Assembly (NCBI GenBank): GCA_965203905.1
Contig: CBDBDQ010000005.1
Coordinates: 5,824,001 to 5,888,000, forward strand
Direction of reading: 5' to 3'
Length of the DNA stretch: 64,000 bases
Source: Spirochaetia bacterium
GTDB taxonomy: Bacteria > Spirochaetota > Spirochaetia > SZUA-6 > Bin103
This document shows, one piece after another, positions 9,673 through 19,227 of the stretch; the stretch's first letter is position 1, and each line of letters begins with the position of its first letter. Below the pieces are notes generated by a model, which did no database searches, was not told the origin of the DNA, and was given only the letters and a program-made list of their open reading frames with translations. The position numbers and the translations under genes were made by a program.

Positions 9673-9895
9673 ATGGCACGACGCAGACGCAAAGGCAAGG
9701 GCAGTCGCACAGCGCAACCGAAGACGCTGTACCCGGATGGCGCTGGCTTGGACCCAACCAGCACCGAAGTATACGCGGCGGTGCGCCCTGCGCGCGACCC
9801 GGACCCGATCCGGAACTTTCCCACGTTCACGGCCAACCTGCACGCCTTGGCGAACTGGCTCAAGGAATGCCAGGTAACCACCGTGGCTATGGAGG
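9673..9895 (+). mobile_element. IS110-family transposase, N-terminal remnant
   Basis: GAGLD...VYAAV...DPDPIRNFPTFTANLHALANWLKECQVTTVAME (RuvC-like DEDD N-terminus), truncated; GGAGG RBS. Confidence 0.8.
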
Positions 9896-9901
9896 ACTAC
9901 G

Positions 9902-11947
9902 ATGCCGGGCGGTAGGATTCCTGACGGACCACGAGTGACGCTCAAAGATATCGTGAGCGCTCTGCAGCAGTTGAACATCGCTCGCGGAAACGTAGTGTAC
10001 ATGCACAGCTCGCTCAGCAGCATGGGGCATGTGGAGGGCGGCGCCGACACTGTCATCGATGCGTTCCTCCACGTGCTCGGCCCTGAGGGAACCTTCTGTG
10101 TTCCGACGATCGTCTTTGCCGCTCAAGGACCACGGCCGCCGTTCGATGTCGAGCAGTCACCGTCTGAGGTCGGGCGCATCACCGAAACCCTGCGGCTCCG
10201 CCCCGATGCGCATCGTAGCATCAATCCCACCCACAGCGTCGCTGCAATCGGGGCGCAGGCAAAGGCGATAACGACAGGACATGATCGAGGGAGAGGACGG
10301 CCAAGTCCTTGGGGCGAGCTAGCCTTTGGTTACGAAAGCCCCTGGCAGAGGTTCTACGACCTCGATGCAACCTGCGTGCTCCTCGGAGTCGACTGGGAAG
10401 TCAACACGATGTTTCATTACGTGCAGGCTCGATTCATCGAGCCGTACTGGAGCGAGCTCGCGGTATCGCCGCCGTTCCCGAATTTCGCGAGGACGCCGGT
10501 GGGTAATGCGCTCGAGGCGGCCGGTATTGTGCGAAAATGCTGGATCGGATCGGCCACGGTGACGTGCGTGGAATCGCGTCCGATGGTGGCTCGGTCCCTT
10601 GAGGTGTTGGAGAAGAACCCGGCCGGAATTTTCGAAGAGGGTGAGCAGAGCTCCTACGTTCGCTGGTATCGGAGCGTACCAGAACGGCGACGCAGGCTGA
10701 AAGCAGGCGCCACGCGGCTCAGCATCACCCCGTCGCCAGATCTCGCCGGCGAGGCCCGTGTACTAGAGCCGCTCCTTGCACGAGCCCTGGTCCTTGAGCA
10801 TCGAGACCGCATCGTGGCGATCGTCGTCTGTGACCTCTACGGACTCGAGCGGCGATACGTGACGGAAGCCCGCAGGCTGATCGAAAAGCAAACCGGCATT
10901 CCGGCAGCGCACGTGTTGATAGCGTGCACCCACAATCACGCGGGGGTGGACACACTTCACCCCGTGAATGATGCCGCGGAGCAGTACTACTCGTATGTTG
11001 TCCGCAGAATCGCAGAAGCGGTTGCAGCAGCCCGCGACCAGACCCAAGAAGTCCGCGGCGGTACGGCTCATTCCCTGCTCGAGGGTATCGCGCAGAATCG
11101 GCGGCTGCGCCTCTCGGAGGGCCGTGTGATAACTCTGCGCCGCTTTGTACCCTCGTCGTGGCAGCTCTATCGGACGGGGGACTACGCAGCCGGCCCGGTG
11201 GATCGAGACCTCACGGTGCTTCGCCTGGAGACCCTCGACGGGGCACCGCTTGCGCTCCTTTCGGCTCTTGGCTGCCATAACGATACTGGAGGGATGTATA
11301 CACCGGTCGGAATCTCAGGCGACTTCTTCGGTCATGCCATGCTGACACTCGAGAGGCTGTACCCCGGCTGTACCGCCATGATCGGTTTCGGTGCCGGAGG
11401 AGGAGACGTAGACTTCGATTTCGTGCCGTATGCCAATCTATCGCGGGCGCGCAGCAAGTATCCGTTCCGGCGATTCGGCCGACTCCTTGCGGCTCAGGTT
11501 GCCGCCGCCTTCGAACAGGTAGAGGTCGACGACGGTGGGTACCTGGACATCCGCTCAGAGAGCGTGCCGTTTCGGCTGCGACGAGAGGTTCGCCGTCTAC
11601 TCCCGGATGTCGAGCGTCCAACCGGTGAGGTGCAGGCGATTCAGATTGGGAATCTTGCGGTGATTGGAGTGCCTGGAGAGGTGTTCGCTGAGACGGCGCT
11701 CGAGCTGAGACGGCACTTGCCTGTTGCCCACGCGATCATCGTCGGGCTGGCGAACGATGATCTCGGCTACCTGCCGCCGCCGTCCGCGTATCGGGAAGGA
11801 GGCTATGAGCTCGAGCCGCGCGTTCGCGCCCGCATGGACGACCGTGCGGAGCCCGCACTCAAGCAGTCGATCTCGAGTCTGCTCGAAAAAATGGCGAGCG
11901 AAAGAACCCGACAAACTGGTATCCAGTATAATTGTATCAACCCTTGA
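9902..11947 (+). CDS. Fusion: AAC(3)-family N-acetyltransferase plus neutral/alkaline ceramidase-like amidohydrolase
   Basis: N-terminal MHSSLSSMGHVEGGADTVIDA...GTFCVPT...PTHSVAAIG...NTMFH; C-terminal LLARALVL...ACTHNHAG...NRR...GPVDRDL...PGEVFAE...GYLP. Confidence 0.8.
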   Translation: MPGGRIPDGPRVTLKDIVSALQQLNIARGNVVYMHSSLSSMGHVEGGADTVIDAFLHVLGPEGTFCVPTIVFAAQGPRPPFDVEQSPSEVGRITETLRLRPDAHRSINPTHSVAAIGAQAKAITTGHDRGRGRPSPWGELAFGYESPWQRFYDLDATCVLLGVDWEVNTMFHYVQARFIEPYWSELAVSPPFPNFARTPVGNALEAAGIVRKCWIGSATVTCVESRPMVARSLEVLEKNPAGIFEEGEQSSYVRWYRSVPERRRRLKAGATRLSITPSPDLAGEARVLEPLLARALVLEHRDRIVAIVVCDLYGLERRYVTEARRLIEKQTGIPAAHVLIACTHNHAGVDTLHPVNDAAEQYYSYVVRRIAEAVAAARDQTQEVRGGTAHSLLEGIAQNRRLRLSEGRVITLRRFVPSSWQLYRTGDYAAGPVDRDLTVLRLETLDGAPLALLSALGCHNDTGGMYTPVGISGDFFGHAMLTLERLYPGCTAMIGFGAGGGDVDFDFVPYANLSRARSKYPFRRFGRLLAAQVAAAFEQVEVDDGGYLDIRSESVPFRLRREVRRLLPDVERPTGEVQAIQIGNLAVIGVPGEVFAETALELRRHLPVAHAIIVGLANDDLGYLPPPSAYREGGYELEPRVRARMDDRAEPALKQSISSLLEKMASERTRQTGIQYNCINP

Positions 11948-12881
11948 GGGAGCCCATGAACACACCCCTGATGAAATACCTCTGTAGGAAGGGATAGAGA
12001 AAAATTATGGGACCTATGGTCAATATCAGAATCGCCGCGCGTACCGATTCAGTCGGCAACTCCACCTCTCTTTCCCGGAGAAACATCCCCACCATGGTGT
12101 CTTCAGTCAGAAGCACCTCGTGAATCAGCCTCCGCAAAAGAATCTGAAGTACGATTTTAGATTCGCTCTTCATCAGTATCAATGCATGGAACCATTCATT
12201 CCAATGCCATACCGCGGTCCAGAGAGCGATCACAGCCAGCACCGGCTTGGACAGCGGAATCACTATCTTTAGCAGAATCTGGAGATAATTTGCGCCATCC
12301 ATAAAGGCCGATTGTTCGTACGCGTCATCTATCGTCATCAGGAAGTTTCTCATGATAATAACATAGAATCCCATAGCCATCTCGGGTAGGATAAGGGCCA
12401 GTCGCGTATCAAACAGTCCGAGCTTCCTAATGACCAGATACAGAGGGATGATGCCGCCGCTGAAAAACATGGTAACGACGATGTACAGCGTCAACAGATT
12501 CCTTCCCGGAAGCCTTCTCTTGGACAACGGATAAGCTGCCAACAGAGTGCATAGAACCGTCAGCAACGTGCCCAGTATTGTCCTCACGATGGAGTTGACA
12601 TAGGCAACACCAACATTGCCATACCTCGAGAACGCAAACTCATACGCAGTCAGACTCCACTTTCTTATCCAAATATGAAAACCCAGCGTCGTGGCATCAC
12701 CGACCCCGGAAAACGACAACAGAAAGGTGCTCCACACCGAATACAGAATAACGCTGCTGAAGAGCACCAGAAAGAGATGGTTGAAACTGTCAAAGATGAT
12801 CTCGCCGGGCGTTCTGCGGCGTAGGAAACGCAGCCACCTCCAGCGCAATCCAGCAAGTGTAATAGCGCTACCAGACTGCAT
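11937..12881 (-). CDS. Carbohydrate ABC transporter permease (LplC/YtcP-like), copy A
   Basis: MFFSGGIIPLYL, EAA loop YEQSAFMDGA, AVWHWNEWF, YPFLQRYF..G...GSLKG. Confidence 0.93.
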   Translation of the reverse strand: MQSGSAITLAGLRWRWLRFLRRRTPGEIIFDSFNHLFLVLFSSVILYSVWSTFLLSFSGVGDATTLGFHIWIRKWSLTAYEFAFSRYGNVGVAYVNSIVRTILGTLLTVLCTLLAAYPLSKRRLPGRNLLTLYIVVTMFFSGGIIPLYLVIRKLGLFDTRLALILPEMAMGFYVIIMRNFLMTIDDAYEQSAFMDGANYLQILLKIVIPLSKPVLAVIALWTAVWHWNEWFHALILMKSESKIVLQILLRRLIHEVLLTEDTMVGMFLREREVELPTESVRAAILILTIGPIIFLYPFLQRYFIRGVFMGSLKG

Positions 12882-13845
12882 ATTCACCTTCACCAAATCT
12901 CTTTATGACTAGGTTCGCGGCTATCAGCAGAACTACCCCAATAACATTCTTGAACAACCCCACCGCCGTCGAAAAGTCGAACCGCCTCTCAATGATTCCC
13001 ACGCGATATACATACGTATCTATGATATCGGCAACCTCGTATACAATGGGGTTATACAGGTTGAAAATCTGGTCAAATCCTGCATTCATGATATATCCCA
13101 CCCTCAGCAGGAGCAGGATGGAGATAATCGGCAGCAAAGAGGGTAAGGTGATAAACCGCGCTTGCTTGAGGCGGCTTGCGCCGTCAATCGAGGCGGATTC
13201 GTACAATCCTGGGTCAATGGTGGAAATCGCGGCCAAGTACACGACGGTGCTCCATCCTACCTCCTTGAATATGTCGGAAATCACCAGGATAGGTCGAAAG
13301 TAGGTGGTGCTGGTCAACATGTTGGGCGGTTCGGCCCCGAACAAGGTATATAGATACCCAACAATGCCCCGTTGCGGAGACAGAATCTCGATCATGATCG
13401 ATGCCAGAACCACCCAGGAAAAGAAATGGGGCAGATACGATATCGATTGCGTTATTCGCTTGAAGGTAGCATTCCTCAACTCATTGATCAGCAATGCCAA
13501 CAGTATCGGTGCCGGAAACCCAAACACGATTCGGTACACACTGATGATGATCGTGTTGCGCAGAATGCGCCCGAAATAGGTGTTGCTGAAGAGCATCTCG
13601 AAGTGATGAAAATTGTTCCAGGGACTGCCCAAAATCCCGTCGATAACCCGATATTGCTTGAACGCAATAAGGAGACCATACATGGGCATGTAATGGAACA
13701 CGAAAAAAGCAACGAACGGAACCAGGAAGAAGAGATAGAGGAGCTTCATGCGCTTCGCGCTATTCCATCGTTCCCTCCTGAGCGTCTTTTGGATGGCGAG
13801 CTCGTTGCCGGAACCGTTGTGCTCGATAGAAGCGACGTGGCTCAT
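12868..13845 (-). CDS. Carbohydrate ABC transporter permease (LplB-like), copy A
   Basis: YMPMYGLLIAFK, SYLPHFFSWVV, LYESASIDGASRLKQ, ADIIDTYVY. Confidence 0.93.
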   Translation of the reverse strand: MSHVASIEHNGSGNELAIQKTLRRERWNSAKRMKLLYLFFLVPFVAFFVFHYMPMYGLLIAFKQYRVIDGILGSPWNNFHHFEMLFSNTYFGRILRNTIIISVYRIVFGFPAPILLALLINELRNATFKRITQSISYLPHFFSWVVLASIMIEILSPQRGIVGYLYTLFGAEPPNMLTSTTYFRPILVISDIFKEVGWSTVVYLAAISTIDPGLYESASIDGASRLKQARFITLPSLLPIISILLLLRVGYIMNAGFDQIFNLYNPIVYEVADIIDTYVYRVGIIERRFDFSTAVGLFKNVIGVVLLIAANLVIKRFGEGEYAVW

Positions 13846-13890
13846 CAGGCGCCTTTCCTCGGAACTACTCAGGAGGCAGCTCCAAATTGG

Positions 13891-13919
13891 ATGCTACGCC
13901 GTCCCTCGGAGAATGTCAA
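13891..13919 (-). promoter_or_regulatory. sigma70 promoter TTGACA-17-TAGCAT (ABC cassette copy A)
   Basis: Consensus -35 and 17-nt spacer; conserved in all three cassette copies. Confidence 0.75.
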
Positions 13920-14189
13920 CTAGCAGAGGGAAATCGCGCTGTAGCGGTGTTACTTGGACCGTTGAGCGAACGGGGTGAGCAGCCGGCATGCGGCCGGCGC
14001 GCGGGCGCCCCGTTGGAGGACAAGTCGGGCCACGGCGCGCAGATCAGCGACTGACTCGGCCTGCTGGTGGCCCAGTGAGTGAGAGTGGCAACCAGGCTGC
14101 GGCGGCCGCGAGGCGTGCAACTCAGAGTATATACCGGTTCCGCTGCGAACCGGTGGGGTAAGCCTGTCTGGTGGGGGCGGCGCGCGGCC

Positions 14190-14440
14190 GGTAGTAAGGC
14201 GCTCCTGACGAGACTACGGAGGGGTTCGGCGTGGTCAGCCTGCATGAGTCCCAAGGGCCATCTGGAGCGGGCCACCGGAGTGAACACCCGCCGATGGTCG
14301 GCCACAGGGATACGTATCGCCTCGCCCACCGCCATTTACCCTCGCTCTGACCACCCCCTCCTGCCAGCACCCGGGCACGCTGCGTTGTCGACGGATGCAG
14401 TTGGCCACGAACAGACGCTCAAGGGATACTTAGCGCCGAG
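14190..14440 (-). mobile_element. Internally deleted DDE transposase remnant
   Basis: IRIPVADHRRVFTPVARS joined directly to LGLMQADHAEPLRSLV, resembling mid and C-terminal segments of IS1182/IS5-like transposases. Confidence 0.45.
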
Positions 14441-14631
14441 CTGCAACGGCCCGATCTGAGGCCGGACCGGCTCCCCGGCCCGCTCCCCCTTTGGCGCCAC
14501 TTTTGTTATACTCCCCTTACTGCCAGGGTGGTTGAGAGACCGACCAGCATTCTGGCTCACTTTCCCGCCGGCGCCCGCAGCGCATGCAGCTAGTCATCTA
14601 GTGCGGTGGGAACCATGTAACGGAGCTGTAC

Positions 14632-15378
14632 TTGCTCAAGATTTGGGCCGAGAAAAAGCGACAGACGGTGGCCTTTGAACTTCCGCAATTGCCCGGGGAA
14701 ACATTTCAGATTGTAATCCCCGAAATGATTACCGATACGAAGGGCCCGATCGTGCCATGGGGACAACAGAGTCGCCATTGGGACATAACAGATAGTGCTG
14801 CCGCCTGGTCGGTTGAAATAGAAGATGTTGTCCACATGGAGGCAAGAGTTGTGTTTCAAGGCGACCACATTCAGGCATTGGTGAGCGTGAAGAATCTCTC
14901 AACAAATCCCTGGGAAAATGCCAACGCCTTTACCTGTTTTCGGATTCGCTACGCAGCTTCCTTTCAGGACCCGCAACTGGTTAGAACCTACGTACCGGTT
15001 GCCGGGAAATGGAAATCTATGGCAACCCTATTCGCGCAACATCACCGCGCGGAAGGGCCTTACACGTTTTTTCGCGTTAAGCCAGGGCCAGAGTTAGAGG
15101 ATCTCTGGGTCTGCAGTGGGTACGAACGAACACCCCCAGCCCATTTCCATCCACAAGCTGTCTCCAAGGGATGTTGTTGTGTGGTTTCGACGGAGGGAAC
15201 CTGGATCGCCGGAATGACGACGCAAACTCCTGCCTACCTGTTTAATGCCAGGAATAATTGCATACACGCGGATCCAACCTTCGGTACCGTTGCTCCCGGA
15301 GCCACCGCCGAGGCCAGCAGCATCATCCATATCTTCCGCGGAACCCTTCGAGATTTCACGGAACGATGTGAAAGATAG
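14632..15378 (+). CDS. Hypothetical protein (beta-rich)
   Basis: 248-aa ORF with GGAG RBS and protein-like composition in low-GC DNA. Confidence 0.7.
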   Translation: MLKIWAEKKRQTVAFELPQLPGETFQIVIPEMITDTKGPIVPWGQQSRHWDITDSAAAWSVEIEDVVHMEARVVFQGDHIQALVSVKNLSTNPWENANAFTCFRIRYAASFQDPQLVRTYVPVAGKWKSMATLFAQHHRAEGPYTFFRVKPGPELEDLWVCSGYERTPPAHFHPQAVSKGCCCVVSTEGTWIAGMTTQTPAYLFNARNNCIHADPTFGTVAPGATAEASSIIHIFRGTLRDFTERCER

Positions 15379-15484
15379 CGTGAACACGACCACAGCAAGC
15401 TCGCTGCTTAGGAATTGCATTGCTGCCAAGTCTAGCGAGCGAGACTGAATGATGTGGACTGCAACGCGTTATACTAGGCCTTTT

Positions 15485-16243
15485 TCATCGTACCTTTCGT
15501 GGAGCGTTCAGTACTCCTTTCTCATAGCCGTAATCCGCCGCGAGCGATGATTCGTCGCGCCATGACCGAATTCCGTTTTCACGCTCTTTGGTGTAATTTG
15601 AAAGGCCCGAACAGTTCTGCGCAAGCACTTCGAATACCTTATTCGCAACTACCAAATGGCCGATATCATTGGCATGAACGCCGTCGAAGTGCACCAGCCA
15701 GTCAGCGTTGTCGTAGGTGGCCAGGAGGTCTACGTAAAGGCATTCGTGTAGTTGCGCTACAATGGCGGTTATCTTGTTGTAGCCGTGGAATGACTCGATT
15801 GTGCCCCGAGTCCAGTCCACGTCGAATCTGGTGTTCAAGTAAGGTCCTAACAGCACGATAAGCGGTTTGATCGCACGCCGGATCTGGTTGATGATTTTCT
15901 CCATCTCTTCAGCAAAGAGCCATAGAGATGTCCCCCCACGGGCGTCATTTATGCCATAACTGATAATAAGGAGGTCCGGTTTCTGGGCGACGACGTGTCG
16001 CTCCAGCCGCTCGCTGGCGGCGGGTTTCCCACTCCTCCCATAATAGGGACTTCTAATAGAAATCAGATTCGCTCCAACACCCGCATTGAACAGCTCGGCA
16101 GGGGCCGACTGAACACTGTTGATTAGCGCCATGAGCCTTTCTGCCCAGCACCGTTCCCGAGAACTGGCCCAGCCGCCCGCGGTAGTACTCTCTCCGAGCG
16201 CTACGACCTTTCTGAATTCTTTGTTCCACCAATCTCGTTTCAT
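15485..16243 (-). CDS. SGNH/GDSL hydrolase
   Basis: ALGESTT, NAGVGAN, YGINDA, DGVHAN blocks. Confidence 0.9.
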   Translation of the reverse strand: MKRDWWNKEFRKVVALGESTTAGGWASSRERCWAERLMALINSVQSAPAELFNAGVGANLISIRSPYYGRSGKPAASERLERHVVAQKPDLLIISYGINDARGGTSLWLFAEEMEKIINQIRRAIKPLIVLLGPYLNTRFDVDWTRGTIESFHGYNKITAIVAQLHECLYVDLLATYDNADWLVHFDGVHANDIGHLVVANKVFEVLAQNCSGLSNYTKERENGIRSWRDESSLAADYGYEKGVLNAPRKVR

Positions 16244-16434
16244 GACTATGCTCTCCCGAGGTTATGGGATACGAAGGCAGTACTCTCCTGCGCCCGCAGT
16301 AGCGGCAGACCAAAGCTTGGTGCAGCGAATACTCAATGTGCGCCCGTCGGATTATACCTATGAAATAGAGGGAGCGACGGAGACGCCGCTCCCTTGTTAT
16401 ACGCTGAATATTAAGCGCTACCTGGAGCTATGCG

Positions 16435-18123
16435 CTACTTACCTCCCAATACCTCGTCAACGATCGGAGCTTTCTCGAGCTCGGCAAGCAACTGGTTACC
16501 TCCGCTACCGCGCCAACGTTCCACGTAGGCATCCCACTCAGCGTCTATGTCGATTTCCCCGGTAATACCTTTGAAGAAGAACTCATTCTGTAGGGTGGTG
16601 AGGGTTGCCCCGTGATCTATTATTACATCGTTAAACCCGGTCTCGGTGAACACGTCATACCTGTACGGACGCAGAGTAACACTTCGACCGGCATCTGTGA
16701 GGAGATAGGACGTATAGAAGTCGGCCAAATGCTTCGGATGCGTGAACTTTATCCGCCTGGTTAAGTTTGCGTGCAGAGCGAAAGTGCCCAGGCCCCCGTC
16801 CTTGGGGTATCCTTCCGGTACCTTATCGTACGCTGTTTTGATCCCCAAGGAGCTCCATGGCTCCCCTTCCCAAGTAAAATGGACATCGGGTTTTCCGTAG
16901 TAAGCACCGATCCAGACCTCATCCTCCCCGTAGAAGGAGTAATCTACGACCTGTAAAATCATTGCGAGCTTGCGATCGTCCACTTCTCTGTTTATCATAA
17001 ACTTATTTCTCAGACCCAATCCCGAATAAGGCTGTAATGACCCTGTTCCGCGGTGCCCGTTTGGCCCTATGGGAGGAGGTAAGATGACAACTTCCGCGCC
17101 ACTTCCAAGTTCCTCATCGGGGACAAAATTGTTGGGCGGTCGATTCACTGCATAGGGCATTCCTGGATAATTTACATTTGCTACCACGGTGCCAATGAGG
17201 CCATTCCCTACTTTTTCGTAGTGCTTCAACCGTTCCAGACTTGGGAACTCCTGGTCGATCAGTCCCATATCATACCAGGCGGCCATTCTTAGCAGGAAAT
17301 CTTTGTACGCCGGAGAAATCGCCCAATGATAAAGTTCTCCATCCACTAAATGATTAAAGTGGTTGAAGAACGAGATTCCGTAAGCTCCCGCGATGGGATC
17401 AAAGCCCCAATGCAGCCACTGGAATGGTCCAAACGGTATGGTGTCGTTCTTTCCGTTTCCATCCGGGTCGCCGTCGCGAAACGCCACCAACAAGTCCTCG
17501 AACCAATCCAACGTGACATCCCTATCATAGAAATAGACTCTGCCGAATCTATCAAGAGATCTCTTCGTCTCCTCGTAGTCGGGAAGCTCGACGCCGACCT
17601 TCCGTGCCCAATCAGCTCTGAAACCCAGGTAGAACAGTCCGGTATTCGAAAAGTCCTCAATAGAGTGAAGGACGAGAACTTCGTCGTCATTATCGGGGTT
17701 GAGAGTATGCGACCACGCGAATGGATAATCGGAATCCAGCAATTCCGAGTAATCTGGCATGTGCTCTCTGATCATATCCTTGGGGATTCCTCTGATCACG
17801 CCATCACGGTACATCTTGACAGGATTCTGATTAACATACCCGGCGTCTGGAAACTCTCCGGAACTTACCATGATCGCAACTTTTTCTCTGTCATAGGGAT
17901 CTACCCCATTTGGTATAATCTCTACATTGAACTTCGTCGCGAGTTCCTGGAGCCACCAGGTGGTGGCTTCACCCGACGCAGGTTTCACTACCCACGAGAT
18001 CTGCATGACCTCGTCGGACTCTAGCGCCTCCCCGGTGCCGGTTGCCGACACCGCCAGAGGAGCGAACAGGATGACAGCAATCACCAACGCCCCCATCCCG
18101 TACCATTTGCTTCTTACCTTCAT
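16435..18123 (-). CDS. Extracellular solute-binding protein (LplA-like), copy B
   Basis: Signal peptide; FRADWARKVG, FRDGDPDGNGKNDTIP, WYDMGLIDQEF, ITGEIDIDAEWDAYV. Confidence 0.9.
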   Translation of the reverse strand: MKVRSKWYGMGALVIAVILFAPLAVSATGTGEALESDEVMQISWVVKPASGEATTWWLQELATKFNVEIIPNGVDPYDREKVAIMVSSGEFPDAGYVNQNPVKMYRDGVIRGIPKDMIREHMPDYSELLDSDYPFAWSHTLNPDNDDEVLVLHSIEDFSNTGLFYLGFRADWARKVGVELPDYEETKRSLDRFGRVYFYDRDVTLDWFEDLLVAFRDGDPDGNGKNDTIPFGPFQWLHWGFDPIAGAYGISFFNHFNHLVDGELYHWAISPAYKDFLLRMAAWYDMGLIDQEFPSLERLKHYEKVGNGLIGTVVANVNYPGMPYAVNRPPNNFVPDEELGSGAEVVILPPPIGPNGHRGTGSLQPYSGLGLRNKFMINREVDDRKLAMILQVVDYSFYGEDEVWIGAYYGKPDVHFTWEGEPWSSLGIKTAYDKVPEGYPKDGGLGTFALHANLTRRIKFTHPKHLADFYTSYLLTDAGRSVTLRPYRYDVFTETGFNDVIIDHGATLTTLQNEFFFKGITGEIDIDAEWDAYVERWRGSGGNQLLAELEKAPIVDEVLGGK

Positions 18124-18282
18124 TTTTTCCTCCAATCGTCTTTTCCGAGAACCACTTACCTATATCTGCATACAGTATCATCACCTCCTCGTGAGCACGT
18201 TAGCGTCACGCTCCCGCCACTCGGACCGCATTACCCATTGTGTTCACTATTGCATCCAAACCTTCTGTTAGCACCATTAATG

Positions 18283-19227
18283 TCAACCTTTGAGGGAACC
18301 CATGAATACACCCTTGATGAAATACCTCTGTAGGAAGGGATAGAGAAAAATTATGGGACCTATGGTCAATATCAGAATCGCCGCGCGTACCGATTCAGTC
18401 GGCAACTCCACCTCCTGTTCCCTGATGAAACTCCCGAGCATCATGTCCAACATCACATGCAACTCCTGAATCAATCTCCGCAAAAGAATCTGAAGTACGA
18501 TTTTAGATTCGCTCTTCATGAATATCAATGCATGGAACCATTCATTCCAATGCCATACCGCGGTCCAGAGAGCGATCACAGCCAGCACCGGCTTGGACAG
18601 CGGAATCACTATCTTTAACAGAATCTGGAAATAATTTGCGCCATCCATAAAGGCCGATTGTTCGTATGCGTCATCTATCGTCATCAGGAAGTTTCTCATG
18701 ATAATGACATAGAATCCCATAGCCATCTCGGGTAGGATAAGGGCCAGTCGCGTATCAATGAGCCCGAGCTTCCTAATGACCAGATACAGAGGGATGATGC
18801 CGCCGCTGAAAAACATGGTAACGATGATGTACAGCGTCAACAGATTCCTTCCCGGAAGCCTTCTCTTGGACAACGGATAAGCTGCCAACAGAGTGCATAG
18901 AACCGTCAGCAACGTGCCCAGTATTGTCCTTACAATGGAGTTGACATAGGCAACACCAACATTGCCATACCTCGAGAACGCAAACTCATACGCAGTCAGA
19001 CTCCACTTTCTTATCCAAATATGAAAACCCAGCGTCGTGGCATCTTCGGCGTCGGAAAACGACAACAGAAGGGTGCTCCACACCGTGTAAAGAATAACGC
19101 TGCTGAAGAGCACCAGAAAGAGATGGTTGAAACTGTCAAAGATGATCTCGCCGGGCGTTCTGCGGCGTAGGAAACGCAGCCACCTCCAGCGTAATCCAGC
19201 AAGTGTAATAGCTCTACCAGACTGCAT
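18283..19227 (-). CDS. Carbohydrate ABC transporter permease (LplC-like), copy B
   Basis: Near-identical to 11937-12881 (22 amino-acid differences by manual count). Confidence 0.93.
   Translation of the reverse strand: MQSGRAITLAGLRWRWLRFLRRRTPGEIIFDSFNHLFLVLFSSVILYTVWSTLLLSFSDAEDATTLGFHIWIRKWSLTAYEFAFSRYGNVGVAYVNSIVRTILGTLLTVLCTLLAAYPLSKRRLPGRNLLTLYIIVTMFFSGGIIPLYLVIRKLGLIDTRLALILPEMAMGFYVIIMRNFLMTIDDAYEQSAFMDGANYFQILLKIVIPLSKPVLAVIALWTAVWHWNEWFHALIFMKSESKIVLQILLRRLIQELHVMLDMMLGSFIREQEVELPTESVRAAILILTIGPIIFLYPFLQRYFIKGVFMGSLKG

Noticed and set aside
9902-10670. Aminoglycoside resistance gene call
   Set aside because: The AAC(3) fold also covers non-resistance enzymes; the fusion context and altered motif argue against a resistance call
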